Virus record (IMG/VR): IMGVR_UViG_3300038954_000089
Location: 1 to 58,938 of that record
Direction: 5' to 3' (one strand)
Source of the DNA: a virus
Taxonomy: Duplodnaviria; Caudoviricetes
DNA length: 58,938 bases
Shown: one piece after another, positions 8,891-18,281 of the stretch
Position numbering within the stretch: position 1 is the stretch's first letter
Layout: the number at the start of each line of letters is the position of its first letter
The notes under the pieces: generated by a model
The model's database searches: none
The model's input: only the letters and a program-made list of their open reading frames with translations
Told to the model about the DNA's origin: nothing
Position numbers and translations under genes: made by a program

Positions 8891-10435
8891 ATGGCGTGGA
8901 ATCCATCCGACAAAAATGCAAATGTAACCCTATCTAATAATAACCGAACGGCTGAATCTACATCTTTATCAGACTATTACAATTGTAGAGCTGTATGGTC
9001 TGTTAGCTCCGGGAAAATATATTTTGAGCTTACACGAAATCGATCTGGTTTCGGCCTGCATGGGGGTATAGCTACAACGGCTGCACCTTTGAGTGGACAG
9101 TTGGGCGGTGCGAATAGTTGGATATACAATGAATCAGGCGATATAGCACATAACGGAACATGGAATTATTCGTTTGGTGCATCATGGACATCCGGCGATA
9201 TTCTCGGGGTCGCTTTTGATGTTGATAACTCAAAGATTTGGTTCGCCATCAATAACGTTTGGCAGGGAAGTGGAGATCCGGCCAATGGAACTAATCCAGC
9301 ATTAACCGGGGTGACCGGAACAATATATGGAATTGTATCATTATATGACGAGGCGTCAACTATTAATGACGCGAGCGGCGATGCTACCTATTCTCCTCCA
9401 TCCGGCTTTTCATTCCCACCTGAATCCATTGAAACTTTAAGCGATAATGCCTCGGCCGGTGCATCCGGTAACGCTGAAAATCTAACGCGTAGGCTATCAG
9501 ATGGCCTCATAACCGGAGCATCTGGTAACGCTGAAAACCTGACAAAGAGGCTGTCGGACGGCCCTATCGCCGGGGCATCGGGCAGCTCCGAAAATCTCAC
9601 AAAAGGAATAGCGGACGGAATTACATCTGGGGCGTCCGGTGATTCTGAAAACCTCACGCGCCGGATTTCAGACAACACACTAACCGCTTCTGCATCCGGC
9701 GACCACAACGCCATTTTCAACCGAACAATCACGCCGGATGGACCGGTTGCGGGCGCGTCCGGTAGTTCCGGCATCGTCGCAGATCGGTCGATATCAGATG
9801 GACCGGTTGCGGGCGCATCCGGTTTTGCCATAAATCAAGAAGAAATAGAACAATACAAAAAAGAAGCAAAAGTTGAGTATCACTTCACCCTTAACGGCGA
9901 TGAAATACCGATATCTAATTTTCAGGGAAGACTAAGAAGTGGAGAGCCAACATATCTAAAAGTCACGATTCCCGATTATTCATGGGCAGATACCATAAAC
10001 AACAATCAAGAATCCGAATATTTAGTTTTGTCAGAAATAGGATCAGAATTGTGGGCAAAAACACTTCTGGCACAAATAAACTCATCTCCTGGAATGGTTT
10101 TATATGGATCATATTATTCTGGTAACCAATATATTGTGACGCAAGAAATAATGTCGGCAGATGTTTATTCTATAGACTTTTATGAGGGGGCAACATCTAA
10201 ATCAATCGTAATGACCGGAAAGAGGACACGAACAGTTCTGGGTCAAAATTCGTTCTTATATGATAATTTTCTAAAACGAACAATAGGCGGAGATACCTAT
10301 TATGATTTTTCAAAAGTAGATTTTTTTATAAGACCTAATGATACAGTTATTATAGGAGATGATACCATAGATATAGAGCATATAACATATACTGTAAAAC
10401 CAGGTAGCGAGCTAATGACAATAAAGGCAAAATAA
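8891..10435 (+). CDS. Tail protein with SPRY/concanavalin-like domain and ~20 aa repeats
   Basis: WNPSDK..VTLSNNN..A, SSGKIYFE, GDILGVAFDVD..KIWF..N SPRY motifs; GASGN.ENLT..LSDG repeats. Confidence 0.75.
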   Translation: MAWNPSDKNANVTLSNNNRTAESTSLSDYYNCRAVWSVSSGKIYFELTRNRSGFGLHGGIATTAAPLSGQLGGANSWIYNESGDIAHNGTWNYSFGASWTSGDILGVAFDVDNSKIWFAINNVWQGSGDPANGTNPALTGVTGTIYGIVSLYDEASTINDASGDATYSPPSGFSFPPESIETLSDNASAGASGNAENLTRRLSDGLITGASGNAENLTKRLSDGPIAGASGSSENLTKGIADGITSGASGDSENLTRRISDNTLTASASGDHNAIFNRTITPDGPVAGASGSSGIVADRSISDGPVAGASGFAINQEEIEQYKKEAKVEYHFTLNGDEIPISNFQGRLRSGEPTYLKVTIPDYSWADTINNNQESEYLVLSEIGSELWAKTLLAQINSSPGMVLYGSYYSGNQYIVTQEIMSADVYSIDFYEGATSKSIVMTGKRTRTVLGQNSFLYDNFLKRTIGGDTYYDFSKVDFFIRPNDTVIIGDDTIDIEHITYTVKPGSELMTIKAK

Positions 10436-11854
10436 ATGGGTAAATCAACCATATCAAGCCATAGTGGCGAAGGTCTATATGAAGTAACCACAAAATATGA
10501 TGTGCAAAAAATAAACAATAAGATATCAAACCTTCAATTGTCCATTTCAAGAATAGAGACTCAAATATCAAACGAAGGGAACGAAAGTAAAAAAAGGGCA
10601 TTAAAGATTCACAAAGCCTCAAAAGAAAGACAACTTGTAAATTTACAATCCCTACCCTCTTCTGAACCCGAAACAATCTGGTGCGCAGATTACACGACGG
10701 ACCTTTCTGGAGATGTCGGAACGATTGAATTGTGCCGGGACGATGAAAAAACGAAAATCATCCGCCCCGGTTATGAAGGCGCGGCGGTTTATACCGTTTC
10801 ACGAGACGGGCAACTCCAAAACCCGCTCGGAGCGGCTGGACCGTTCACGGCCTATTACAATCTGGCTATTTTCCCGGCGGCGGCAAAATGGGCGAAACGG
10901 TATCGGGTGGGGGAGATCACAGCGTTGGCCGGCGATGTAGCGTCCGTATTACTCGACGCGGCGACGGTGCGCACGGGCCATACCGTACAGGAGGCCGAGA
11001 CCATAACTGGCGTCACAGTGCGGTATATGAACTGCCACGGGGCAGCGTTTGATGTTGGCGACAGGGTTGTGGTGGCCTATGAAAACGAAGTGCCGATTGT
11101 AATCGGATTCGAGACACACCCGCAACCATGTTTTGTCGGAGAGGGCGCCTGTTATATCCAGGGCCAAGTCATTTCGCTCGATGGTACCGAAAATGATGTG
11201 GGCCTGCGACTTTATATGTCAGACGCCACATTAGGTATCCAGTCAATATATGTCACCCAATCCGATTGGGTGGAATGGGCCGTGGGAAGCAATGTCCTTG
11301 CGGTCAATATGGATAATTGTACCTGTCCAAAAACATGCGAAAACCCTGAGATTTTCATTGAAAGCGCCAGTCTAATTTCCCTTCACAACGCGACAAGGGA
11401 AGATGAAGGCGTCAACCCGTTGACCGCCAACAGATTGCTTTATGATGCGGCTTCGGATCATGCCGACTGGTTATTGGCTAATTGTAGGCTTGGCCATACG
11501 GGCGAAGGCTTCACAAATTCAGCAGATCGAATTATCGCTGCCGGTTACACGGAAAGCGTAGTGGTTGGTGGGGAGTATGAAATAGGAGAGAACGTCGGCC
11601 TTGCTCGATCAGAGGATGAGGTTTATTCGGCATGGCTGGATAGCAGCGGACATTATGCAAATATCATTCGGGAGGGATATCATGAAATTGGAATTGCCAT
11701 TCGGGATGTTTCATCTTGTGATAATTTTTATTTGGAGGGCGACGGAACCTACGTTGATTTAGCCGCGACAGGTGAAACCTGGTATATATATGTAGTCAAT
11801 TTTGGGAGAAAACAGCCCTCCCCTTGGACAATTATTCCGATTGAGTTGGATTGA
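10436..11854 (+). CDS. Tail tip/baseplate protein with C-terminal CAP (SCP-like) domain
   Basis: YMNCHGAAFDVGDRVVV; HNATR...AASDHA..GH.G...GENV...WLDSSGHYANI...EIGI CAP signature. Confidence 0.75.
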   Translation: MGKSTISSHSGEGLYEVTTKYDVQKINNKISNLQLSISRIETQISNEGNESKKRALKIHKASKERQLVNLQSLPSSEPETIWCADYTTDLSGDVGTIELCRDDEKTKIIRPGYEGAAVYTVSRDGQLQNPLGAAGPFTAYYNLAIFPAAAKWAKRYRVGEITALAGDVASVLLDAATVRTGHTVQEAETITGVTVRYMNCHGAAFDVGDRVVVAYENEVPIVIGFETHPQPCFVGEGACYIQGQVISLDGTENDVGLRLYMSDATLGIQSIYVTQSDWVEWAVGSNVLAVNMDNCTCPKTCENPEIFIESASLISLHNATREDEGVNPLTANRLLYDAASDHADWLLANCRLGHTGEGFTNSADRIIAAGYTESVVVGGEYEIGENVGLARSEDEVYSAWLDSSGHYANIIREGYHEIGIAIRDVSSCDNFYLEGDGTYVDLAATGETWYIYVVNFGRKQPSPWTIIPIELD

Positions 11855-11857
11855 TTT

Positions 11858-13342
11858 ATGACAGATCTAATCACAAGAGATTCAAGCGATTGCTTATGCA
11901 CCTTATACGGAACTATAACGGGCATAAATGAATCGGCGGGAACGGCTGATGTGTCGCTTGATATTGGTGAGGCTTTATCAGGAGTTGAGGTTTTTTACCA
12001 TTGTGAAAATGGCGATAAAACTAATGGGATTAAAGCCTTCGGTGTGAATGATGAGGTAAAGCTGATATCTGTGAATAACGGCGGAGGGCATACATCTGAT
12101 AATAGTTTCATTGTTGGATTTAAGGACGGCAACAGGCGATATTGTTCCATAACAGGGGTGGCTAAGGTTAGATTTAGCAATTATGCATTTTTGTGGGATT
12201 TTGAAACCGACGATTATTACGAAAAAGACGACGGCACAATTACTGGGTTTGACCACAAAGATAATTTTGGTTTTCTCTCGTCTGAAAGCAGGTATTTAGC
12301 TTCACTGAATACTCGTCCTTTATTCTATGTATATGAAGCTGGGAACTTCCTCCCGACTGGAGGAGAGTTAAAGCCATCAGAGGAAACCCAAATTGATTAT
12401 TGTGATGAATATGGGATGGGGTCGGTTTACGAGACTAAAAGCTCGTATTGGGACCCTTATTTGGTTGATAACGTAAACCAGTACATAGTAAATCCAAATT
12501 ATTTAACAGAAACAGATTATAGCAGAATTTCAGGCTATGGGGTTTATAAAAGGAATACATCAGTTGGTTACTTTTCTGACCGAAAGGACATTTCTGATTC
12601 ATCAGAGAAAGTGGATGAAGTTTTTATGACTCCAGCAGGCGACATGACTTCTGGTTTAACATTAGGAGTAAATCAAAGCTCTTATTGCCAGTATAAACAG
12701 TTTTGTAAAAAATTTGATCCACCCACATATGAAGGTGGGTATAAGCTGCTAAATGCCGTGCAATCCTCCTTTTTTGAAGATGAAATATTTAACGCATGGG
12801 ATAATTTTTATGTATCCGCTTTTACTGATGAGCACATATTGCCTCGGTATATGCAGGACCAGTATGGTTATGTAAGTGACGGTCATTACGTCGTGATAGA
12901 TGATGATACGGACACAAGCAGAAGGAAATATTATCCGGGATCGGTTATCGGAGAAAATGAAGGGAAAAAATTGTGTTGCAATATATTTTTTGTTTATGAC
13001 GGTCGTAAATATGATAGAACATATAGTGAGGGGGAAGATTGTTCGGCTTCGTTTGAGTATGGGGATGAATATACGGGAAACAGGAAAACACCTGTTGTCG
13101 CCGCTGATTTTGGGGCAACATCTGGGAATATTTATCCCGCCATGAAAAAATCTACAAAATTATGCAATGCTACTGCCGGTTTGATTGAATATACACACGA
13201 CCAAGAAGGAATTGCATCAAACGATGTTATTCTATATACTCCTGAAGATGGGGTTTCCGATTGGCAGACAGATGACCCTGATGATTGGGATAGCCCAGAC
13301 GCTCCTTTTAGTATTCATTTATACGATATGGTTGCAAGGTAG
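11858..13342 (+). CDS. Tail tip/receptor-binding candidate
   Basis: N-terminal GTIT.I....ADV...VEVFYHC..AF...DEV module similar to that in the previous gene; AT-rich C-terminus. Confidence 0.6.
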   Translation: MTDLITRDSSDCLCTLYGTITGINESAGTADVSLDIGEALSGVEVFYHCENGDKTNGIKAFGVNDEVKLISVNNGGGHTSDNSFIVGFKDGNRRYCSITGVAKVRFSNYAFLWDFETDDYYEKDDGTITGFDHKDNFGFLSSESRYLASLNTRPLFYVYEAGNFLPTGGELKPSEETQIDYCDEYGMGSVYETKSSYWDPYLVDNVNQYIVNPNYLTETDYSRISGYGVYKRNTSVGYFSDRKDISDSSEKVDEVFMTPAGDMTSGLTLGVNQSSYCQYKQFCKKFDPPTYEGGYKLLNAVQSSFFEDEIFNAWDNFYVSAFTDEHILPRYMQDQYGYVSDGHYVVIDDDTDTSRRKYYPGSVIGENEGKKLCCNIFFVYDGRKYDRTYSEGEDCSASFEYGDEYTGNRKTPVVAADFGATSGNIYPAMKKSTKLCNATAGLIEYTHDQEGIASNDVILYTPEDGVSDWQTDDPDDWDSPDAPFSIHLYDMVAR

Positions 13343-13377
13343 TTGCCGCGAGATCTAAACGCGCCGTTTGACCCGTT

Positions 13378-13416
13378 AGCCCCGTCTGGCCGTGTGGTTC
13401 CAGGCGGGGCTTTTTT
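13378..13416 (+). terminator. Intrinsic terminator ending the late operon
   Basis: AGCCCCGTCTGG/CCAGGCGGGGCT stem followed by a T run. Confidence 0.85.
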
Positions 13417-13507
13417 GTCCTTCCCCGCTCACCTATTTCCCAACCCTCCTAAAATCCAGCCATTTAGACAGCGGGTAAATTTTTTGCCCGCCTTGCCATT
13501 TTTTTTC

Positions 13508-13552
13508 TTGACTTACTAATCCATTATTGATAGATTGGTAATCAGGATAGGG
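13508..13552 (+). promoter_or_regulatory. Sigma70-type promoter with overlapping inverted repeat
   Basis: TTGACT-17-TAGATT; TTACTAATC/GATTGGTAA; CAGGATAGGG leader shared with 24.2 and 26.3 kb promoters. Confidence 0.7.
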
Positions 13553-13584
13553 GAACGGACAACAAACAAGAAGGAGGAAACGAC

Positions 13585-14079
13585 ATGACGAAGAAAGAAG
13601 CCCTGGCGATCTTGAAGCCCGAAGGAAAAGACGAAGACTCATTGAAAAAAGCCTACCGGGCCGCAGCGATTGCGAACCACCCGGACCACGGAGGCAACGT
13701 ACATGCAATGCAGCTCGTGAATGCCGCATATGAGGCGCTGAAGGGCGCGTGGTGGACGCCTTACGACGGCCGCATGGCAGCGAAAGAGGAGCCGTTGACC
13801 GAGGCAATCATCAAGGTTTGGGACTCAATCAAGCATTTCCAAAACATCCGGGCAGAAGTCTGCGGGAGGTGGCTGTGGGTTTTCGGCGAAACCTGGCGTT
13901 ACAAGAAGGAATTGAAGTCCGCCGGTTTTAAATGGAGCGGGAAAAAGCGCGGATGGTATTGGCACAATGACGCCGGATACCGGAAAAAATCAAAGCGTGA
14001 ATGGGGCATGAACGACATTAGGAGCACCTTCGGAAGCGCTGATTTGACGCCCGAAACATCTAACGCGCTGCCGGCATAA
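13585..14079 (+). CDS. J-domain (DnaJ-like) protein
   Basis: LKKAYRAAAIANHPDHGG...MQLVNAAYEAL with HPD motif. Confidence 0.85.
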   Translation: MTKKEALAILKPEGKDEDSLKKAYRAAAIANHPDHGGNVHAMQLVNAAYEALKGAWWTPYDGRMAAKEEPLTEAIIKVWDSIKHFQNIRAEVCGRWLWVFGETWRYKKELKSAGFKWSGKKRGWYWHNDAGYRKKSKREWGMNDIRSTFGSADLTPETSNALPA

Positions 14080-14089
14080 ATCGACTCCG

Positions 14090-14121
14090 CCCCGGCCCAC
14101 TACGGGTCGGGGATTTTTTTT
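14090..14121 (+). terminator. Intrinsic terminator
   Basis: CCCCGGCCC/GGGTCGGGG stem plus T8. Confidence 0.8.
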
Positions 14122-14139
14122 CGATTTAGTGTTTTTTTC

Positions 14140-14168
14140 TTGACATGGCGATCCAATATTGATAGGTT
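14140..14168 (+). promoter_or_regulatory. Sigma70-type promoter, paralogous to 13508
   Basis: TTGACA-17-TAGGTT; shares ATCCAwTATTGATAGrTTrGTAATCA with the 13.5 kb promoter. Confidence 0.7.
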
Positions 14169-14214
14169 AGTAATCAAGAGGGCGGGAAACGAACATAAAC
14201 AAATGAGGACGGCA

Positions 14215-14388
14215 ATGAAAATCAAATGGGAACAAAATGAAGACCGGACGTGGACTGGCCGTGACGAAAACGGGAACAGGTTTGAAGCGCCCGCCAATAT
14301 GGAAACGTGCATGTGCACCCTTCCCGATGGTCGAAAATCCATAGGTTGGACGCCAGAGGAGGCTGTGGATTCGGCTTCAAACCAATAG
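14215..14388 (+). CDS. Hypothetical protein
   Basis: SD GAGG then ATG 14215; first gene after promoter. Confidence 0.65.
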   Translation: MKIKWEQNEDRTWTGRDENGNRFEAPANMETCMCTLPDGRKSIGWTPEEAVDSASNQ

Positions 14389-14486
14389 CCCAAAACGGTC
14401 CCGGTGATGATCCGGGGCATCCATCCGGCGTCATCCGGGAGGGTGGCGCGGGATGGATGGACACAGGGAAAGGGAAGGGAAAAAAT

Positions 14487-14687
14487 ATGAAAATTGGCAA
14501 AGTCAAAATCCGTAGGGGGCTATACCTCTACAGGGGCCGGAAAATGGTTGTAGAAATACGAGCCACAAAAAATCCTATAAAGGGTTGTAAATGGGGAACA
14601 TTTAACACCACAAGCGGGTCGTTATTGGCAAAAACAAAAACCCTGAAAGAGGCCATCGAAATGGCTTCTATCGAATGCAATTATTGA
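14487..14687 (+). CDS. Hypothetical basic protein
   Basis: ATG 14487 after a purine-rich SD. Confidence 0.55.
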   Translation: MKIGKVKIRRGLYLYRGRKMVVEIRATKNPIKGCKWGTFNTTSGSLLAKTKTLKEAIEMASIECNY

Positions 14688-14722
14688 AGCGACCCGTTGG
14701 CGCAGAACATGGAGGTGACTAT

Positions 14723-15082
14723 ATGAACGGCTACGAACTGTGGAAAATCCGTGAACAATTCAGCTTATCCCAGGCGGACCTTGCAGAGCAAACTGGGATC
14801 GCGCAATCTTCAATCTCTCGGTACGAGACCGGAAAGGGGCCGATCCCGGCCTACATCGAAAATTTGATCCGCCACACATTCAATGGGGCTATCCCGCCAG
14901 ATCCGCCAATTGAGATCACACCGGAGAAAATCCGGGAGATCCGCAACCGGTACCAGCTCCGACAACGGCATTTCGCGGCCATGCTCGGGCTATCTCAGGC
15001 GGCTATCCACAAATATGAGCGTGGCCAGATAAGGCCCTCGCAGCAAGTTGCTAAAAAAATTCTGGATTTGGACATTGAATAA
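14723..15082 (+). CDS. Tandem XRE helix-turn-helix regulator
   Basis: Two HTH units: LSQADLAEQTGIAQSSISRYE and LRQRHFAAMLGLSQAAIHKYE; SD GGAGG. Confidence 0.85.
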   Translation: MNGYELWKIREQFSLSQADLAEQTGIAQSSISRYETGKGPIPAYIENLIRHTFNGAIPPDPPIEITPEKIREIRNRYQLRQRHFAAMLGLSQAAIHKYERGQIRPSQQVAKKILDLDIE

Positions 15083-15108
15083 TTTTTTTGATTTTAGTGC
15101 ATTTTTTT

Positions 15109-15363
15109 CTTGAGCGGATCAAGGCCGATCGGGACCGGCTGAAGGTCGTGAAGGCTCAGGCCGAAAACCGGCGAGCCGCAGAGGACAGCGAGAGAGGGGT
15201 TGTGGTCAAGCCAAACGCTTATGGCGATGCGGTTGTGACGTTTTCCGAAAAGCCGAATCGGCAGATTTTAACGGCGCTAAAATCTGCCGGGTATCGGTGG
15301 ATCAAGGGCTCATGGGTCGGGCCGTGGGATAGTCTGCCGGCGGAAGTCGAGGAGATGGTTTAA
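15109..15363 (+). pseudogene. 5'-truncated gene remnant (resembles C-terminus of DUF3560-like proteins)
   Basis: No SD or start; frame begins at a TTTTTTTCTTGA promoter-like tract; VVTFSEKPNRQILTALKSAGYRW. Confidence 0.5.
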
Positions 15364-15370
15364 ACCATAA

Positions 15371-15601
15371 ATGAAAGGATATGTTATGCCTGACAACAAC
15401 AGAATAGGTTCGGCATGTTGGTACAGAATGGGTACAAGTTCAAATCACGAATGGAAGGGTGGAAGGTTGCGACACTGGAGTACGTTATCAAGTGAAGACG
15501 GATCTGCACCGGTGGCAATTATTGAGGACGACACAACCGGTATGTGTATAGAGGTCGATCCACACAATCGAATTTGTTTTGCCTCTATCCCGCCAGATTG
15601 A
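15371..15601 (+). CDS. Hypothetical protein
   Basis: ORF track; plausible start 15371 or 15386. Confidence 0.6.
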   Translation: MKGYVMPDNNRIGSACWYRMGTSSNHEWKGGRLRHWSTLSSEDGSAPVAIIEDDTTGMCIEVDPHNRICFASIPPD

Positions 15602-15612
15602 TTAAAAACCAC

Positions 15613-15653
15613 AAGGGGTGTCAATCTGACCATTCGGTTGACGCCCTTTTTTT
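15613..15653. terminator. Terminator between convergent genes
   Basis: AAGGGGTGTCAA/TTGACGCCCTTT stem with T run. Confidence 0.75.
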
Positions 15654-15975
15654 ATTCCGGCTTTTCCAACGAGATCGCCCTCGACGGAGCCCAGAATATC
15701 CGATCAGATCCCGGAAGCCGGATTTCATCATGCCCGAAAACGTGGATTTTGTGCATATATGCCTGGACATCCTTCGACGCGACGAAAACTTGCTGCTTGT
15801 CGATCATTTTTTGTGCGGCTTTAAAGTCCTCATCCTGGATCATGCTTATAAAATTGTCCAGGTGTTTCTCGGAGATCGCTATCGGATAGCCTTCTTTTAG
15901 CCAGCAGTCGCCCTGGGCAACGACCAGCCCCGCAATGGCCAAAACCAAAAAAGCCGCAAAAATCAATCGTTTCAT
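15652..15975 (-). CDS. Exported hypothetical protein
   Basis: Signal peptide MKRLIFAAFLVLAIAGLVVA; SD AAGGAGG. Confidence 0.7.
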   Translation of the reverse strand: MKRLIFAAFLVLAIAGLVVAQGDCWLKEGYPIAISEKHLDNFISMIQDEDFKAAQKMIDKQQVFVASKDVQAYMHKIHVFGHDEIRLPGSDRIFWAPSRAISLEKPE

Positions 15976-16184
15976 TTATCCTCCTTAAAAATAGGCAAAC
16001 TCTTACATTCAAAAGGCTTTAAAACTCTTGACGTACCATGCTCACGTTTTTGTTCCCAAAAACTAAAGTTACAGCTAAGAATCCCACGTTCATTGTTAAA
16101 GTGCTCGCAGAGGTCATGTTCGTCCCAGCAATAGTCTCCATCTGGGACACAAAAAACAAGGGCCACTTTTTGTTTCATTTTCAT
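15972..16184 (-). CDS. Cys-containing hypothetical protein
   Basis: Coupled to neighbours; SD GGAGG. Confidence 0.6.
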   Translation of the reverse strand: MKMKQKVALVFCVPDGDYCWDEHDLCEHFNNERGILSCNFSFWEQKREHGTSRVLKPFECKSLPIFKEDK

Positions 16185-16393
16185 TACCTCCTATCCTCCA
16201 ATTCGTCAAACAAGTCACAATAATTAACGCAAAGCGCCTTGGCAATTTTTTCAAGCGTTTTGAAATTCAGCCGCTTGAATTCGCCTTCCCGCGCGTAATG
16301 GATTTGATGTTGACCGACGCGGGCGAGTTTCGACAATTCCCGGAAAGTCAATCCCTTGGCTTCCATCAATCGCTTGACGTTGCTCCGAAACAT
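16184..16393 (-). CDS. Cro/C1-type HTH regulator, probably leaderless
   Basis: LMEAKGLTFRELSKLARV...TLEKIAKALCV..CDLF; -10 element lies 6 nt before ATG. Confidence 0.85.
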   Translation of the reverse strand: MFRSNVKRLMEAKGLTFRELSKLARVGQHQIHYAREGEFKRLNFKTLEKIAKALCVNYCDLFDELEDRR

Positions 16394-16399
16394 GGCGCT

Positions 16400-16464
16400 A
16401 TCATAACCAGCAGCAAGGCAAAAGTCAAAAAAAACTTGACAAGTGGATCAACTTTTTTTATCGT
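16400..16464. promoter_or_regulatory. Divergent sigma70 promoter pair
   Basis: Minus strand TTGACT-17-TATGAT (16428-16400); plus strand TTGACA-17-TATCGT (16436-16464). Confidence 0.7.
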
Positions 16465-16501
16465 TGCCAGAAATGGCAGCAAATTAAGGAGGGGGTTAAA
16501 G

Positions 16502-16699
16502 ATGACAGACATCGAACTTATCAGGGCAATTTATTACGCCGGGTACATGCACGGATACGACCACGGCGTGGACCGCTGTACACGGCCAAGCTTGGCTATG
16601 ATTATGCCAGATGATTCATGGCGCGTGGACATCCAGCCGTTAATCGATTCCGGCGAGTTGCGGATTGACTCGCCGGAGGATTGGAGAAAGGCGTATTGA
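16502..16699 (+). CDS. Hypothetical protein
   Basis: SD AGGAGG then ATG 16502. Confidence 0.65.
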   Translation: MTDIELIRAIYYAGYMHGYDHGVDRCTRPSLAMIMPDDSWRVDIQPLIDSGELRIDSPEDWRKAY

Positions 16700-16891
16700 T
16701 GAAAAAAAGAAAATGGAAGCACTATAATGAGTTTAGAGACTGTGCCTACCCAGTTATGCACCTTGACAAGAAAGGCCGCTGCTGCGGTAAAAAACCAGTT
16801 TTCTATACGTGCATTCAACCAGGATGGAACGCAGATAAATAATTGGGCGTGGTATATCGCCGCAAATGGTTTGTTTAGAAAAAAGGCTTGA
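16699..16891 (+). pseudogene. Frameshifted small gene
   Basis: MKKRKW...GRCCGKKPVFY continues plausibly only in another frame (RAFNQDGTQINNWAWY...). Confidence 0.4.
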
Positions 16892-16892
16892 T

Positions 16893-17807
16893 ATGGAAAC
16901 CATGCAAAATCAAGAGTTTGATACATTGCAAGCCACCAAAACATTTTTGAAATTCGCTTGCATGGCATTTTTCCCAATGCTGCTTGTAATTGTCATTGCC
17001 GGGATTTCCTATCAACTCATATCCGACGCCGGAGCCTTTTTCGGGGGCTGGTGGAAGGCTTTCTTTTTGGAAGCCGGGGCGCTGGCCCTGATCGCTTGGA
17101 GGCCAACGAACTGGACGAAGGTGCTTAAGGGGATTGCCCTGATTATTGCTTTTGGCCTGGTGGTTAACGCCGCCGGTATGCACGCCGCAAAACCTCACCT
17201 GGAGGACAGCGGCCTTGCAACGGTGGACCGGATGAAGCTGGAAGCCCTGGAAAGCTCCATCGAGGCGCACAGGGAAGCCGTGGCAGCCGTCAAGGGCCAA
17301 CCGCGCAACTCGGCGATGCGGGCCGGTGACCTGTCCGAAGCCATCGCGACAAGGGACGCATTTCTCGATAGCGTGGAACCGGATAAAACCGTTGTTGCAG
17401 AAAACCACATGGCAGCCGGAACCGCTATTCTTTTTCGTGCTGCGCTACAAGCAATAAACTGGCTTTTGCTGCATTGGCTTGTGTCTATAATTTCGATCAA
17501 AATGGGGAATGACCGTGAAAAGCGTATTGACGTTGCGCCAAATCCTCAACCGTCAGAAGTGAAAACCTCACCGGAACCGGAGGGAAAACCGCTTGCAAGC
17601 GCCGTCAAGTGGGATTCGGAAACACTCAAAATCCTAAGCAAGATCGAGCAAAACGGCGGTCAAATCAAGCGATTGAAGTTGCAGCAAGCGCGGATTGCCG
17701 ACACTGCCGGGCTTGACCCGAGACTGAATCAGCTTTTGGAGGCGGGGGTAATCGATCAGGAGCGGAACGGCAGATTGACCGAAACCATTTACAGGTTGAG
17801 GGGGTAA
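16893..17807 (+). CDS. Multi-pass membrane protein with coiled coil and C-terminal winged-helix-like domain
   Basis: About four hydrophobic segments; C-terminal LDPRLNQLLEAGVIDQ...YRL. Confidence 0.75.
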   Translation: METMQNQEFDTLQATKTFLKFACMAFFPMLLVIVIAGISYQLISDAGAFFGGWWKAFFLEAGALALIAWRPTNWTKVLKGIALIIAFGLVVNAAGMHAAKPHLEDSGLATVDRMKLEALESSIEAHREAVAAVKGQPRNSAMRAGDLSEAIATRDAFLDSVEPDKTVVAENHMAAGTAILFRAALQAINWLLLHWLVSIISIKMGNDREKRIDVAPNPQPSEVKTSPEPEGKPLASAVKWDSETLKILSKIEQNGGQIKRLKLQQARIADTAGLDPRLNQLLEAGVIDQERNGRLTETIYRLRG

Positions 17808-17810
17808 TTA

Positions 17811-18056
17811 ATGGACAAGAAATATCATTGGTTTTGCCTGACATATTTTAGTGGCAGAAACGGAATCGAAATCGGAACAGCATACGTAGGCAACATAAAA
17901 AAGGGTGTGCCCCGGAAACAAATCGACGAATCTAAAGAACCTGCACGGGTTTCAAAAGATGCTGCATTAATTGCGTGTTCATATCTTGGTTATATGACAA
18001 GGGATCAATTTGAATATGGCGATGAATTTGCCGAAGAGGTAGGCGATGGACAATAG
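17811..18056 (+). CDS. Hypothetical protein
   Basis: ORF in a tightly packed operon. Confidence 0.65.
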   Translation: MDKKYHWFCLTYFSGRNGIEIGTAYVGNIKKGVPRKQIDESKEPARVSKDAALIACSYLGYMTRDQFEYGDEFAEEVGDGQ

Positions 18057-18276
18057 GACACCATTTTTAAAGGGCCTGCGCGACTTGCTCGAAAAACACG
18101 GAGCGGAAATTACGTGCGATGACCACTGGGAAGGATACGCCGAATGTGGCCGAGATATCCGCATCACGGTTGAATTCGATGATCACAACATACCGGATAT
18201 AGACTTCGGATCATATATAGACTCAAAAAGTGTCGAACGGATCGCCAGTACAATTCATAGGATGAGGAGTAATTAG
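18046..18276 (+). CDS. Hypothetical protein
   Basis: SD GAGGT; overlaps previous gene. Confidence 0.65.
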   Translation: MDNRTPFLKGLRDLLEKHGAEITCDDHWEGYAECGRDIRITVEFDDHNIPDIDFGSYIDSKSVERIASTIHRMRSN

Positions 18277-18281
18277 ACACT

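Noticed and set aside
9430-9830. CRISPR array or DGR template/variable repeats
   Set aside because: Repeats are in-frame protein repeats without spacers; no reverse transcriptase or cas gene in the genome
14389-14460. Second hammerhead after the first gene of cassette A
   Set aside because: Strong hairpins exist (CATCCATCC/GGATGGATG) but the GAAA and CUGANGA core is missing; at most a decayed remnant
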